From a candidate division TM6 bacterium UASB124 (GTDB taxonomy: Bacteria > Babelota > Babeliae > Babelales > RVW-14): DNA of 64,000 nt. Numbering within the stretch: the first letter of the stretch is position 1; each line of letters opens with the position of its first letter. A program made the translations under genes and the position numbers. The DNA lies in assembly GCA_945897315.1 (NCBI GenBank), contig CAMDFF010000002.1:91618-155617 (forward strand), read 5' to 3'. The notes beneath the pieces are model-generated. The model did no database searches. It was not told the DNA's origin and worked only from the letters and a program-made list of their open reading frames with translations. Shown here one piece after another: positions 17,785 to 29,575 of the stretch.

Positions 17785-19752
17785 ATGTGTGGTATTGTTG
17801 GTTTTCAGAACCTACAGCGACAGCATTTTGTTGTTGATGAAGGCCTGTTGGTTCGGATGCATGAAAAAATAGCACACCGTGGCCCTGATGCAGCAGGTGT
17901 GTGGGTCTCTCAGTCACATGGGTTAGGACTTGCATCTCGACGTCTTAAAATTCTTGATCTTTCTGATAGTGGCGATCAGCCGATGGTTGACAGTAATGAC
18001 GAATTTGTACTTATTTTTAATGGTGAGATTTACAATTTTTTAGTTGTTCGTGCTGAGCTTGAGCTGTTGGGGTATCGGTTTAAATCACGCACTGATACCG
18101 AGGTGATTCTGTACGCTTACAAAGAGTGGGGTATAGATTGCCTGCACCGCTTTGATGGGATGTTTGCGTTTATTCTTTTTGATAAACGTGACGAAACACT
18201 TTTTCTCGTACGTGACCGTCTGGGTGTTAAACCGCTCTATTTTTCTTTGCAGGGTGGTGTTCTGAGCTTTGCTTCAGAAATAAAAGCGCTGTGGGAGTTG
18301 CCATGGCTAGAAAAAACAATTTCTTCTCTTGCCTGGTATCACTATTTGACATTCATGGTTGCACCAGCTCCGATGACGATTTTCAATGGGGTATATAAAA
18401 TACCGGCTGGTTTTTATGCAAAGGTTGATGCGCATAAGCGGATAAATTTTGCTGAATGGTATTCACCTATTAAGGCTATTAGCATGGCCGAACAGAAAGA
18501 ATTTTATTCAGAAGCGCATTGCATTGAACGTATTACCGACTTACTAAAAGCATCAGTGAAAAAGCGTATGGTCGCTGATGTTCCGGTGGGAGCCTTTCTT
18601 TCGGGAGGCTTAGATTCAAGTCTTAATGTTGCTCTTATGGCAGGGCTTGAAACAAATATTAAAACATTTACAGTTGCTTTTGCGGATAATCCAGATCACA
18701 ACGAATTTGCATGGGCTCGTAAAGTTGCTACACATTTTGGAACAGATCATCATGAGTTGGTAATTGGTGAAAAAGAGGCATTTGATTTCTATGAAACAAT
18801 GGTTGAGTCTCTAGATGAGCCGCTTGCAGATGTTGTTTGTATTCCTTTTTATTATGTTTCCAAGCTTGCTCATAGTTTGGGCATGAAAGTTGTACAAGTT
18901 GGTGAGGGAGCAGATGAGCTCTTTTTTGGGTATAATACCTATGCTGATTATGCAAGATTACATCAACGGTTTTGGCAGCCATCACAACGATTTATGCCAT
19001 CTCTTGTGCGCAAAGGCATGTATCATGCAGCACGACCATTATTTGAAAATCAACCACTCAAGACTGACATGATGCACAATTGGGCACAAAATAGAGCACT
19101 TTTCTGGGGAGGTGCGATAGCCTTTAGCGAAACACAAAAACAAGCCTATCTGCACGATATGCGGCGTGATGCTCTTGATAAAGATGATGTTATAGACCAG
19201 ATTTATCCAGGCTTTTCTCAAGCATTTGATAGCCATAGTATTGTTGATTATCATCTCAAAAAATTATATGCAGCCGATCCGAACGCAGATATCATCAAAC
19301 AAATGATGTACCTTGAGCTTAAGCAGCGGTTGCCTGAGCTTCTATTAATGCGTGCTGATAAGATGTCTATGGCAACGAGTATTGAAGCACGTGAGCCATT
19401 TTTAGATCACCATTTGGTTGAGTTTATGATGCATGTCCCTGGATCATTAAAATTTAAGAATCAAACAACAAAATATTTACTTAAAAAAGTTGCTGAGCAA
19501 TTTTTGCCAAAAGAGATAATTTATAGGCAAAAAGTTGGATTCGGTGCACCTTTGTCGCAATGGTTTTCGCAAGGTCGTTACTTTCCCAGCTATTTCGAGC
19601 AGTTATCGCATGATGCGCATTATGCACCGCGAGCTGAGCTTGCAACGCCGTTATGGGCCGTTGATGGGTCTATGAATAAAAATAACTCGCATCGTGCAGT
19701 ACAAAATTGGGTTTTGCAACAACTGTGGGCCTTTACGGGACAGAATTTGTAG
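17785..19752 (+). CDS. asnB: Asparagine synthase (glutamine-hydrolysing) family amidotransferase
   Basis: Starts at MCGIVGF (Cys2 Ntn nucleophile) preceded by AAAAGGAGA. PP-loop SGGLDSS. The ORF-track start at 17677 would bury the catalytic Cys. Confidence 0.9.
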   Translation: MCGIVGFQNLQRQHFVVDEGLLVRMHEKIAHRGPDAAGVWVSQSHGLGLASRRLKILDLSDSGDQPMVDSNDEFVLIFNGEIYNFLVVRAELELLGYRFKSRTDTEVILYAYKEWGIDCLHRFDGMFAFILFDKRDETLFLVRDRLGVKPLYFSLQGGVLSFASEIKALWELPWLEKTISSLAWYHYLTFMVAPAPMTIFNGVYKIPAGFYAKVDAHKRINFAEWYSPIKAISMAEQKEFYSEAHCIERITDLLKASVKKRMVADVPVGAFLSGGLDSSLNVALMAGLETNIKTFTVAFADNPDHNEFAWARKVATHFGTDHHELVIGEKEAFDFYETMVESLDEPLADVVCIPFYYVSKLAHSLGMKVVQVGEGADELFFGYNTYADYARLHQRFWQPSQRFMPSLVRKGMYHAARPLFENQPLKTDMMHNWAQNRALFWGGAIAFSETQKQAYLHDMRRDALDKDDVIDQIYPGFSQAFDSHSIVDYHLKKLYAADPNADIIKQMMYLELKQRLPELLLMRADKMSMATSIEAREPFLDHHLVEFMMHVPGSLKFKNQTTKYLLKKVAEQFLPKEIIYRQKVGFGAPLSQWFSQGRYFPSYFEQLSHDAHYAPRAELATPLWAVDGSMNKNNSHRAVQNWVLQQLWAFTGQNL

Positions 19753-19780
19753 GGACATTGATTTTTAAAAGGATGAAGCA

Positions 19781-20881
19781 ATGAGCCAGGTGTATGTTAT
19801 TATTTTGGCTGGAGGGAATGGCGAGCGGTTGTGGCCTTTATCAACCCCAGAACATCCTAAGCAGCTCTTGCCTCTGGTTGGTGATAAAACACTGCTTGAT
19901 TTGGCGCTTGATAGAGCAGTATGCCTTACTGATGTTGCCAATATTTTGGTAGTGACATGCGCTCAGCAAGAAACAATGATCCGTCTAGCTGTTGGTAATC
20001 GTGGGCAGATTTTAGTTGAACCAGAACAAAAAAACACCGCCCCTGCAATTTTGTATGCCTGCCAGCGCATTGCTGCATATGATCAGCAGGCTATGGTCGT
20101 TATTATGCCAGCAGATCATTTTATCGATGACAACCAACTATTTACTGAGCACATTGGCAAAGCAACTCGTATTGCAAAGAGGCATCAGCGTATTGTTCTT
20201 TTGGGGATTCAACCTACAAGGCCCGTTACCGGATACGGGTACATTCAATATTATACTGAGGCAGGAGCAGACGTGTCGCTGGTAACGCAATTTCATGAAA
20301 AGCCGCGGTTAGAGGTAGCAAAAAGCTATTTACAGCGTACGGATATGCTCTGGAATAGTGGTATAGTTATTGGCAAGGTACAGATAGTTCTGGAGCAGTT
20401 TATGGTATGTGCGGAGCTGCTTTATGATGAAATGCAGGGCTACTTGCAAGGGCGATTTGACTATAGCAGCTTGCCATCGATTTCATTTGACTATGCAGTG
20501 CTGGAAAAAACGCGCGAACTGCTTGTTGTTCCTGCTACATTTAGCTGGAGTGATGTTGGGGATATACGTACATTTTTAAGTATTAAAGATCTAGCTGTGA
20601 GGGCACATAGTAATCTATTGCAGATTCATGCAGAAAATAATTTAGTACAGGTTTCGCCTGACATAATGGTAGTATGCGTTGGTGTTAATAATCTTTGCAT
20701 TGTTGAAGAAGCAGGGATTTTAATGATTGTCAGCAACGATAGTATAGGGGCGACAAAAGAAGCTCATGCTGCCTATGCATTGCAACAGTCAGGTGGTGAG
20801 AGGCGACAAGAATTAACTATGCCGCCACAGTACGCCACTGACTCATCTGCAATGAAGGATTCGAAAGATGCCCTACGATAA
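19781..20881 (+). CDS. manC: Mannose-1-phosphate guanylyltransferase-type sugar nucleotidyltransferase (no C-terminal isomerase/cupin domain)
   Basis: VIILAGGNGERLWPLSTPEHPKQLL is the typical GGxGxRLWPLS motif. 366 aa. Confidence 0.8.
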   Translation: MSQVYVIILAGGNGERLWPLSTPEHPKQLLPLVGDKTLLDLALDRAVCLTDVANILVVTCAQQETMIRLAVGNRGQILVEPEQKNTAPAILYACQRIAAYDQQAMVVIMPADHFIDDNQLFTEHIGKATRIAKRHQRIVLLGIQPTRPVTGYGYIQYYTEAGADVSLVTQFHEKPRLEVAKSYLQRTDMLWNSGIVIGKVQIVLEQFMVCAELLYDEMQGYLQGRFDYSSLPSISFDYAVLEKTRELLVVPATFSWSDVGDIRTFLSIKDLAVRAHSNLLQIHAENNLVQVSPDIMVVCVGVNNLCIVEEAGILMIVSNDSIGATKEAHAAYALQQSGGERRQELTMPPQYATDSSAMKDSKDALR

Positions 20882-20929
20882 TGCAGCAAGGCTGTCTGTT
20901 TATTTTACAGCAGTAGTGGTGTTGGGTTT

Positions 20930-21487
20930 CTAGTCTGCTGTGCTATCTGATCGCTGGTATGGCTTAAATGCGCCATCTTTTGGGGCCCAAGGCTCAGCGA
21001 TTACTGCTACCGCAGCTAATTCCAGTGGCGATAAACTTACACTGCGGCTACTAGAGGTTGCATCTGTATCAGGTGAGCTAGGGGCCTTGCGTCGTGCTAT
21101 GGGTGATAGAAATATGCTTTCTTTGATGATTACTTGTGCGTAGCGTTCGATTTCTAACTTGTAGCGTTCGCTTTCTAACTTAAGCTCAAAAGAACTGTTC
21201 TCTTCGGTCATCAAAAGTACGCAATGACGTAAAGCAATTTTTAAAAACCTGCTATCAGATTTCAGAATTCTCTCTCGAATGCATACGTCAAGCTCGTTTC
21301 TGAAAAAAAGCATTTTTGTTGCGCATTCTTTCTTGGATTCGTTGGTGGATATTATTTCTGGGTGAGCTAAAACTGCATCGACCAAGTCTTCTACGGTTGA
21401 TGTAGCAAACAAACTAGCTGTCTGTGCTTGAGTCAGGGTACTGCACAGCATCATGAGTAAGATGAAAAATAATTGGTGTGTTTTCAT
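20930..21487 (-). CDS. Hypothetical secreted protein
   Basis: ATG 21487 gives the signal peptide MKTHQLFFILLMMLCSTLTQAQT. It contains an in-frame 21-nt tandem duplication (21140..21181, KLESERY/KLEIERY). No recognisable domain. Confidence 0.5.
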   Translation of the reverse strand: MKTHQLFFILLMMLCSTLTQAQTASLFATSTVEDLVDAVLAHPEIISTNESKKECATKMLFFRNELDVCIRERILKSDSRFLKIALRHCVLLMTEENSSFELKLESERYKLEIERYAQVIIKESIFLSPIARRKAPSSPDTDATSSSRSVSLSPLELAAVAVIAEPWAPKDGAFKPYQRSDSTAD

Positions 21488-21778
21488 AAGTATTAGTGAG
21501 GTTGTGCTTGTTATTAGAGTGTTTCTAGTTGCCATTGTATTATTCACGAGCATTCTATCAGACAAAGTTTAATGCTGGAAGTAGTATTTGAACATAATTC
21601 AATAAAAGCGTACTAGGTGTCTTGTTGGTGAGTACTTATTATGACAGAAGTACGATAAGTGTGAAGAATCCAGTCAATCTTGGCAGTTAAACAAAAACCC
21701 TTTTTTTGATAGTGGTTTTTCGGTAGGGTTAGATCAGGGGAACAGGTTTAGGATGCTGAGAGGGTTGAAGGGGGTACA

Positions 21779-22483
21779 ATGAAGAAGATGGGTAAGGTGA
21801 TACACGATTTTGATGAACGCATTGATCATGCAGTGCAGCCGGTATGGAAGAGGCTCCAGAAGTACTTTGTGTTGTTTAGCTCATCGTTACTGATTATGCT
21901 TCTCGCTGTTTTCTTTTTTAAAATTTTTAATTCACGCAGCTCAGCTATGACAGCCGCTATTCATGATGATTTGGCTGTTATAGAAAAAGCGCTTAGTGTT
22001 ATTGATAAAACGTGCAGCATTATCAGTATTCGACCAACAGGCGGGGTTATTGATTTCTTAACGGTTGAAAAATTTTCTGGCTCAAGCATAGGAATGCTGA
22101 ATCTGGCTTATCCCCGTCGTTGGAAAGGGCCGTATGCTAAAGTGAATCCGTCGATACAGGGCCATATGTACGAAATTATTAATACCAAAGAAGGCTATTT
22201 TGTACTGCCTGGCACTGGCGTCCGGCTTCCTAATAAGCTTGTGATGGGCAAGGATATTGTTCTCAGCCATGACAGTGCAGTAACGCTGATGTTGCAGCCT
22301 GGGGGGCGACTGAATGCTCAAGGCCAACCGCTTGCTATACGTCTTGGTTTTTCTATTGGTGATTGGGATGCATCGCATGTTGAAAAAGATACGTTGGGCA
22401 AAATCAACGATATTATTACTGAATTTAATCAATCGATGCCATTTGCATTACGCGTTGTGCCCCTGAGCACTGTGAATTGCTAA
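21779..22483 (+). CDS. Hypothetical single-pass membrane protein
   Basis: 234 aa with one TM segment (YFVLFSSSLLIMLLAVFFFKIF). Followed by a strong terminator. Confidence 0.5.
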   Translation: MKKMGKVIHDFDERIDHAVQPVWKRLQKYFVLFSSSLLIMLLAVFFFKIFNSRSSAMTAAIHDDLAVIEKALSVIDKTCSIISIRPTGGVIDFLTVEKFSGSSIGMLNLAYPRRWKGPYAKVNPSIQGHMYEIINTKEGYFVLPGTGVRLPNKLVMGKDIVLSHDSAVTLMLQPGGRLNAQGQPLAIRLGFSIGDWDASHVEKDTLGKINDIITEFNQSMPFALRVVPLSTVNC

Positions 22484-22498
22484 ACAAAAAAGATTTGA

Positions 22499-22538
22499 GC
22501 CCGTGACGGATAAGTAGTATCCGTCACGGGCTTTTTTT
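22499..22538. terminator. Bidirectional intrinsic terminator between convergent genes
   Basis: GCCCGTGACGGATA-agtag-TATCCGTCACGGGC is a 14-bp perfect stem. It is followed by TTTTTTT and preceded by ACAAAAAAGA. Confidence 0.85.
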
Positions 22539-23145
22539 ATGCCGTAGCGATTATCTTGAGAGCAAATATAATGATCACAATGCCAGAAATTTTATCGATT
22601 ACAGGCATGTAATGCAAAACGTAATTTTTCATGCGATGAGTTGCTAAGCACAGCCCAAGTCCCCATAAAAGTGATCCGCTAGAAACACCGGCAACCATGG
22701 CTGTTGTGTGCCAGTTAGACGTTGTTGCGCCTATGGACCCAAGAGTACTGAAAGCGCTTAAAAATGCCATGATGGTCATTGGATTTGTCAGTGTGAGTCC
22801 GAAAAGCTTGATGAAAATATTATGTGCTGGTGCATGTTTCTTTTCAAGTGACTGGTGCGTAGCAGGCTGCAAAAGTAGCATGACGCCCATATACAGTAAG
22901 TAGCTGCTGCCAGCGTATGCTAGCCAGGATTGGTATGAAAATAAAAAAGAGCTAATGCAGGTCAGGCCCAGGCCGGCAACCAGTGCGTAGAGCATATCGG
23001 CTGATGCTGAGCCAAGAGTTGCAAGGCAACCTGCGGTGAGGCCATGGCGTAGTGTAATTGTGATACATAAAAGACAAATGGGACCAAGTGGCGCGGCAAT
23101 CGAGGCACCAATGAGCAAGCTTTGCAAGTAGAGTGATAGCAACAT
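22537..23145 (-). CDS. LysE/RhtB family amino-acid exporter
   Basis: 202 aa, about 6 TM. The N-terminal LLIGASIAAPLGPICLLCITITLRHGLTAG is typical of the LysE family. Confidence 0.75.
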   Translation of the reverse strand: MLLSLYLQSLLIGASIAAPLGPICLLCITITLRHGLTAGCLATLGSASADMLYALVAGLGLTCISSFLFSYQSWLAYAGSSYLLYMGVMLLLQPATHQSLEKKHAPAHNIFIKLFGLTLTNPMTIMAFLSAFSTLGSIGATTSNWHTTAMVAGVSSGSLLWGLGLCLATHRMKNYVLHYMPVIDKISGIVIIIFALKIIATA

Positions 23146-23177
23146 CGAGTTCCTTTACAGGTGAACAGAATTGTTTT

Positions 23178-23423
23178 TTAAGAACATAAAAGAGTAGCTT
23201 TGTTTTTGCTTACGTAAAAAATACCGTTTGAGGTTTCATAGATTTCGGCATCTTTTCCAGGTTCTTTGAATGAGATTGGGGCTTTGTGTGTAACGAGCGA
23301 CACAAGGGCCGCGTGGTCGTAGCCCACATAAAAAGTTCCTGTTGGGCTATCGATCTCAATCCATTCAATGAGCAGCACTCTATTCTTGACTGGGGTAAAG
23401 ATACTAAGCTCGATTAGATTCAT
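23178..23423 (-). CDS. atpC: F-ATPase epsilon subunit, N-terminal beta-sandwich only (81 aa)
   Basis: Directly downstream of atpD. The pattern L-x-L-x-I-x-TP...G.FYVGYDHAALVSLV...G...I..SNGIFYV matches the epsilon N-domain. The C-terminal helical hairpin is absent. Confidence 0.7.
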   Translation of the reverse strand: MNLIELSIFTPVKNRVLLIEWIEIDSPTGTFYVGYDHAALVSLVTHKAPISFKEPGKDAEIYETSNGIFYVSKNKATLLCS

Positions 23424-23438
23424 AGCGTATATCTTTGC

Positions 23439-24962
<1,524 letters not shown>

Positions 24963-25073
24963 TCATGGTGAGACCAACCATATGACAAATGAGCATTTTT
25001 GTAAAGAATTCACTCGCTACAGGATTTAAAACATATTTTTTTCGTAATAATCAACGGAGCCTTTTGACAAGCT

Positions 25074-26267
25074 ATGATGGCCTTTGTAAGCTCAATCATA
25101 GCATTATGGGGGGACTTTATGCAGTTTTTACAACGAGTACTATGGTGGAGTATTGTGACAATAATGAGCATTGTACAAGCACCAGCTAAAAAATTAGAAC
25201 ATTGCCATGACAAAATAGCTTTAACGCCGCATGAAGAAGCACAACCGCGACCAACAATGGTTGTCTTCGTGCATGGCACTATTCTGCCTTACCTCAAGCT
25301 TGGTGTTTTAAAAAACCTTGTGCGAGACTTTCCATCGAATATTTCCTATCAATACACGATTGGCGATGTTGTGCGTTTCCATGGTTTGTATCAATATCAG
25401 CCAATTGCAGACTATGGGCTACGATTTTTTAGTGATACGGCTGGTGTAACGGCGGTGGTGCATGGACGTAATCAATTGTACGCTGCTTTGTTTGGTAAAG
25501 TGTGGGAGCATGCATTTGGTACTACTATTTGTGCGCCTTATGTTTTTGGTTGGGATGGAAGCTTGTCAGCTCCGCGGCGCTCTTTTGCAGCACAGGCTTT
25601 GTATGCTTCGCTTGTGCGTGAACGTACGGCGGTTGCTCTTGCACACAACTGCCCATCAACTGCTGTTGATGTTGTGCTGATCGCGCATAGCCATGGTGGT
25701 TCACTTGGTTTATTACTTGCCGAAGAAGAAACTAAAAATCATCAAGGTCTTGCGATAGAGCATCTGGTATTATTGGGTACGCCAATCCAAGAAGAGACTG
25801 AACATTTGATTCATCATGAGCTGTTTCATAATGTGTGGTCGCTGTATTCTATGGGTGATGTGGTGCAAGTGCTTGATATGGTGACGACAAAAGGCAGTAG
25901 TAAGCGTACTTTTTCGCTGCCTCATCAACCACCAAAATTGAGGCAATATGCCCTTGAGCTCTTAGATGAGGTAACCGGCACTACATATTTGCCTTCACAT
26001 GTGCAGCTCTGGTTCTATGACGTACAAAACATGCAGCCATTTTTTCTCCAGGCACGATCGCCATTTAACCCGCTACCCATTTCTATTTTTACGCCACTAA
26101 TTTTGAAGCTTTTGCTCAGTAGCCCTGCAACAAAAGGAACCCTCTGCATCAGCAAGAAAGATTACTGCGCGCATCTGTCATTGAGCGCTTCCGGCTATGA
26201 TAAGCAAGCAATATCTGTTCCGTATGGACTTTTACAGCCCTATGAAAAACACTTTCTCATATCATAA
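25074..26267 (+). CDS. Putative alpha/beta-hydrolase (lipase/esterase, PGAP1/DUF676-like)
   Basis: N-terminal hydrophobic anchor, VVFVHGT, nucleophile-elbow-like LIAHSHGGSLG, LVLLGTPIQ. Confidence 0.45.
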   Translation: MMAFVSSIIALWGDFMQFLQRVLWWSIVTIMSIVQAPAKKLEHCHDKIALTPHEEAQPRPTMVVFVHGTILPYLKLGVLKNLVRDFPSNISYQYTIGDVVRFHGLYQYQPIADYGLRFFSDTAGVTAVVHGRNQLYAALFGKVWEHAFGTTICAPYVFGWDGSLSAPRRSFAAQALYASLVRERTAVALAHNCPSTAVDVVLIAHSHGGSLGLLLAEEETKNHQGLAIEHLVLLGTPIQEETEHLIHHELFHNVWSLYSMGDVVQVLDMVTTKGSSKRTFSLPHQPPKLRQYALELLDEVTGTTYLPSHVQLWFYDVQNMQPFFLQARSPFNPLPISIFTPLILKLLLSSPATKGTLCISKKDYCAHLSLSASGYDKQAISVPYGLLQPYEKHFLIS

Positions 26268-26405
26268 AGAGTCAAGAATCAGCCAGGCCATTACGATAGA
26301 GTATTTTGTGCGTTATTGGTGAAACATTCAATCATCGTTTGTTTTGTGCTAGGCTATCTTCCATCTACTTGAAAATGATAGTATTGACCTGTTAGGAATA
26401 AAAGC

Positions 26406-28946
26406 ATGATAGCAAACATACTCGCCAAAATTTTTGGTACACAAAATGAGCGTGAGCTTCGCGCGCTCTATCCGCTCGTAACCCATATTAATGACCTTGA
26501 ATCTAAGGTGAAGCCTTTAAGTGATGCAGAACTTACAGCAAAAACGAATGAGTTTCGTGAGCGAATTGCCCAGGGATCTCCTCTGGATACTATTTTACCA
26601 GAAGCTTTTGCTGTTGCCAGAGAGGCAAGTATGCGAATCTTGCATATGCGTCATTTTGATGTTCAGTTGATCGGTGGCATGGTACTGCACGCTGGTAAAA
26701 TTGCAGAAATGCGTACTGGTGAAGGCAAGACACTTGCTGCTACGTTGCCTATGTATTTGAATGGGCTAGCAGGCAAGGGCGCTCATCTGATTACCGTAAA
26801 CGATTATTTGGTAAAGCGTGATGCTGAGTCGATGGGACAGTTGTACAACTTTCTTGGTCTTGACGTTGGCATTATTCAAAATTCTATGGACGATGATGCC
26901 CGCCAAAAAGCCTACGCTGCTGATATTACCTATGGAACCAACAACGAATTTGGATTTGATTATTTGCGCGACAACATGAAGTTTAATGTTGATGACATGG
27001 TGCAACGACCCTTAAATTTTGCAATTGTCGATGAAGTTGACTCTATTTTGATTGATGAAGCGCGTACGCCGCTTATTATTTCTGGGCCAAGCGAGCGTGG
27101 TAGCAATTTATATGATGTTGCCAACCGTGCGGTAGTAACGCTTGTTAAAGAAGATTACGAAATTGATGAAAAAGCTCGGTCAGTACATCTTACGGAAGAG
27201 GGAACTGATCGCATTGAAGCATATTTACGTATTGAAAATTTGTACGCACCAGAAAACTTGATGGTGCTGCATCATGTGACGCAGGCGCTTCGTGCTAATA
27301 CAATTTATAAGCGTGATGTTGATTATGTTGTATTTGACGGTGAAGTACTGATTGTTGATGAGTTTACCGGACGTATTTTGCAGGGGCGTCGCTACAGTGA
27401 TGGCTTGCACCAAGCACTTGAATCAAAAGAAGGCGTGAAAATTGAGCGTGAGAACCAGACATTGGCTTCTATTACGTTGCAAAACTATTTCCGCTTATAC
27501 AAAAAATTAGCTGGTATGACCGGTACTGCGGTGACTGAATCAGCAGAATTTTGGAAAATTTATAAATTGCCTGTGGTTGTGATTCCAACAAATAAGCCAA
27601 TTACGCGTGAAGATCTGGGTGATACTGTATTCTTAACCAAAGACGACAGAAACCTTGCTGTAGTCGAAGATATTAAAGAGTGCCATAAGCGTGGTCAGCC
27701 TGTACTGGTGGGAACTGTGGCCATTGAGTCTTCTGAACAGCTGAGCAATGTGCTTCGTCAGAGCGGAATTCCCCATAATGTACTGAATGCAAAGCAGCAT
27801 GAGCGTGAAGCAGATATTATTAAAGAAGCTGGAGAGCGTGGTCGTGTGACTATTGCAACTAACATGGCTGGTCGCGGTACAGACATTAAGCTTGGCGAGG
27901 GCGTTATTGAAGCTGGTGGTTTGCGGATTATTGGTACTGAGCGCCATGAAAGTCGGCGTATTGATAATCAACTTCGTGGCCGTGCTGGTCGTCAAGGGGA
28001 TCCTGGTTCATCTAAATTTTATATTTCGCTTGAAGATGACTTGATGCGTATTTTTGGAGGCGATCGTGTCAAAAAAACGATGGAACGTTTTGGCATGCAG
28101 CCTGGTGAAAGCATTGAGCATCCAATGGTTTCTCGTAGTATTGAAAAAGCGCAAGAACGTGTTGAAAAGCAAAACTTTGATATCCGTAAACATCTGCTTG
28201 AGTATGATGATGTACTGAATCAACAGCGCATGGTTGTCTATAGCTATCGCCGTAGCATTCTTGAAGGAACGGACCAGATTCTTGGGTTAATTAAAGAGAT
28301 GATGGCTGATGTTATGCATAAGCTCTTTACTGTGTATGCTTCTGGCAGCTCTTGTGGCCCAGATGAGCGAGAGCAAGTTTTGACTGCTCTTGAAAATATT
28401 ACTAATTTTGGTCGTTCGACGCTTGAATCGCGTGACTTTGATTTTGGGCATACAAGCCGTGCTGAAGAGCAGATTCTAGATTTTATGGTTTATGAGTATG
28501 AGCTGCGACGTAATGGTCGTACCGGTGATACTGGTCAACAAGCTGAAAAATGGGTTTTGCTTGATACTATCGATCGTGCGTGGCGTATGCATTTGCAAAA
28601 TATTGATCATCTACGCGAGGGCATTGGTTTACGTGGGTATGGTCAAAAGAACCCATTGATTGAATACAAAAAAGAATCATTCTCTGAATTTGAACGTATG
28701 ATGGACCAAATTAAGTGGGACATCGTAGCACATTTATTCCGACTAGAGCCTGATCAGTACTCAGCGGCAGCACTTGAAGCGATTGAGCATCAGCACGAAA
28801 AAGAGCTTGAGTCTATCCAGCTTGGTGGTAGCAGCGAGGCAATGCCAGCACAACCTGTGCGTCGTGATGCACCAAAAATTGGTCGTAATGATCCTTGTAC
28901 GTGTGAATCAGGTAAAAAATATAAACACTGCCATGGTCGTGAGTAA
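26406..28946 (+). CDS. secA: Preprotein translocase ATPase SecA
   Basis: MRTGEGKTL (Walker A), [30 protein letters not shown], and the C-terminal zinc motif [14 protein letters not shown]. Confidence 0.97.
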   Translation: MIANILAKIFGTQNERELRALYPLVTHINDLESKVKPLSDAELTAKTNEFRERIAQGSPLDTILPEAFAVAREASMRILHMRHFDVQLIGGMVLHAGKIAEMRTGEGKTLAATLPMYLNGLAGKGAHLITVNDYLVKRDAESMGQLYNFLGLDVGIIQNSMDDDARQKAYAADITYGTNNEFGFDYLRDNMKFNVDDMVQRPLNFAIVDEVDSILIDEARTPLIISGPSERGSNLYDVANRAVVTLVKEDYEIDEKARSVHLTEEGTDRIEAYLRIENLYAPENLMVLHHVTQALRANTIYKRDVDYVVFDGEVLIVDEFTGRILQGRRYSDGLHQALESKEGVKIERENQTLASITLQNYFRLYKKLAGMTGTAVTESAEFWKIYKLPVVVIPTNKPITREDLGDTVFLTKDDRNLAVVEDIKECHKRGQPVLVGTVAIESSEQLSNVLRQSGIPHNVLNAKQHEREADIIKEAGERGRVTIATNMAGRGTDIKLGEGVIEAGGLRIIGTERHESRRIDNQLRGRAGRQGDPGSSKFYISLEDDLMRIFGGDRVKKTMERFGMQPGESIEHPMVSRSIEKAQERVEKQNFDIRKHLLEYDDVLNQQRMVVYSYRRSILEGTDQILGLIKEMMADVMHKLFTVYASGSSCGPDEREQVLTALENITNFGRSTLESRDFDFGHTSRAEEQILDFMVYEYELRRNGRTGDTGQQAEKWVLLDTIDRAWRMHLQNIDHLREGIGLRGYGQKNPLIEYKKESFSEFERMMDQIKWDIVAHLFRLEPDQYSAAALEAIEHQHEKELESIQLGGSSEAMPAQPVRRDAPKIGRNDPCTCESGKKYKHCHGRE

Positions 28947-29575
28947 TGCTTGAGACCGTTGTACTATTTTTCGCATGGGTGTCGCAGGTTGCGTACACCC
29001 TCTGTTTTTTGCCACAAATTGTGACGAATTATCGGGTTAAATCTGGTAGTGGTATGAGTGAGTTGTTTCTTATTGCTTATCTCAACCTGCATGCTGTAAC
29101 GCTGTTTTATGTTTTTCTATTGAACTTGCCGTTTGCTTATAAAATGTGTGTGCCCCTGCAGGTTTCTTTAATCCTTGTAATGATTATTCAGCGAATTTGG
29201 TATGATCGTGAACAGCTGGCTAAGCGCTTGAGCCTTGTCTACCTTTCTAATCTTGCCATTCTCGTGGCTTTTATTCCATATGCTATAGAGCATCCAATGC
29301 TGATTGGACATGTTGGCGGTTGGGGTAACGTTGTACTTGGGCTCTTGAGTCAAGTGCCACAGGCATTTAAAATATGGCGTGAGCGAAGTGTTGCAGGCTT
29401 TGATAAAAGCTTTGTGTATATTCTCTTATTTGCAGGGTTATTTGAATTTTGTGGCGCCGTTATTGGTGGATTGCCACTGCAGACGAGAATCTCGTCATTT
29501 CGTGTAATGCTTTTTGGTGCTCTATTTCTTTGGCAATTTAAGCTTTTTGCGCACGCACATGCTCGACAGAATTAA
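28946..29575 (+). CDS. Seven-TM PQ-loop repeat protein (cystinosin/PQLC-like)
   Basis: Two PQ-loop motifs: CFLPQIVTNYRVKSGSGMSELF and LLSQVPQAFKIWRERSVAGFDKSF. About 7 hydrophobic segments in 209 aa. The start overlaps the secA stop (TAATG). Confidence 0.65.
   Translation: MLETVVLFFAWVSQVAYTLCFLPQIVTNYRVKSGSGMSELFLIAYLNLHAVTLFYVFLLNLPFAYKMCVPLQVSLILVMIIQRIWYDREQLAKRLSLVYLSNLAILVAFIPYAIEHPMLIGHVGGWGNVVLGLLSQVPQAFKIWRERSVAGFDKSFVYILLFAGLFEFCGAVIGGLPLQTRISSFRVMLFGALFLWQFKLFAHAHARQN

Noticed and set aside
21140-21181. Tandem 21-nt direct repeat (gtagcgttcgAtttctaactt / gtagcgttcgCtttctaactt)
   Set aside because: It is an in-frame 7-aa duplication (KLESERY/KLEIERY) within a hypothetical secreted protein. 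There are only two copies, so it is neither a CRISPR array nor a VNTR-like array, and it has no regulatory context.
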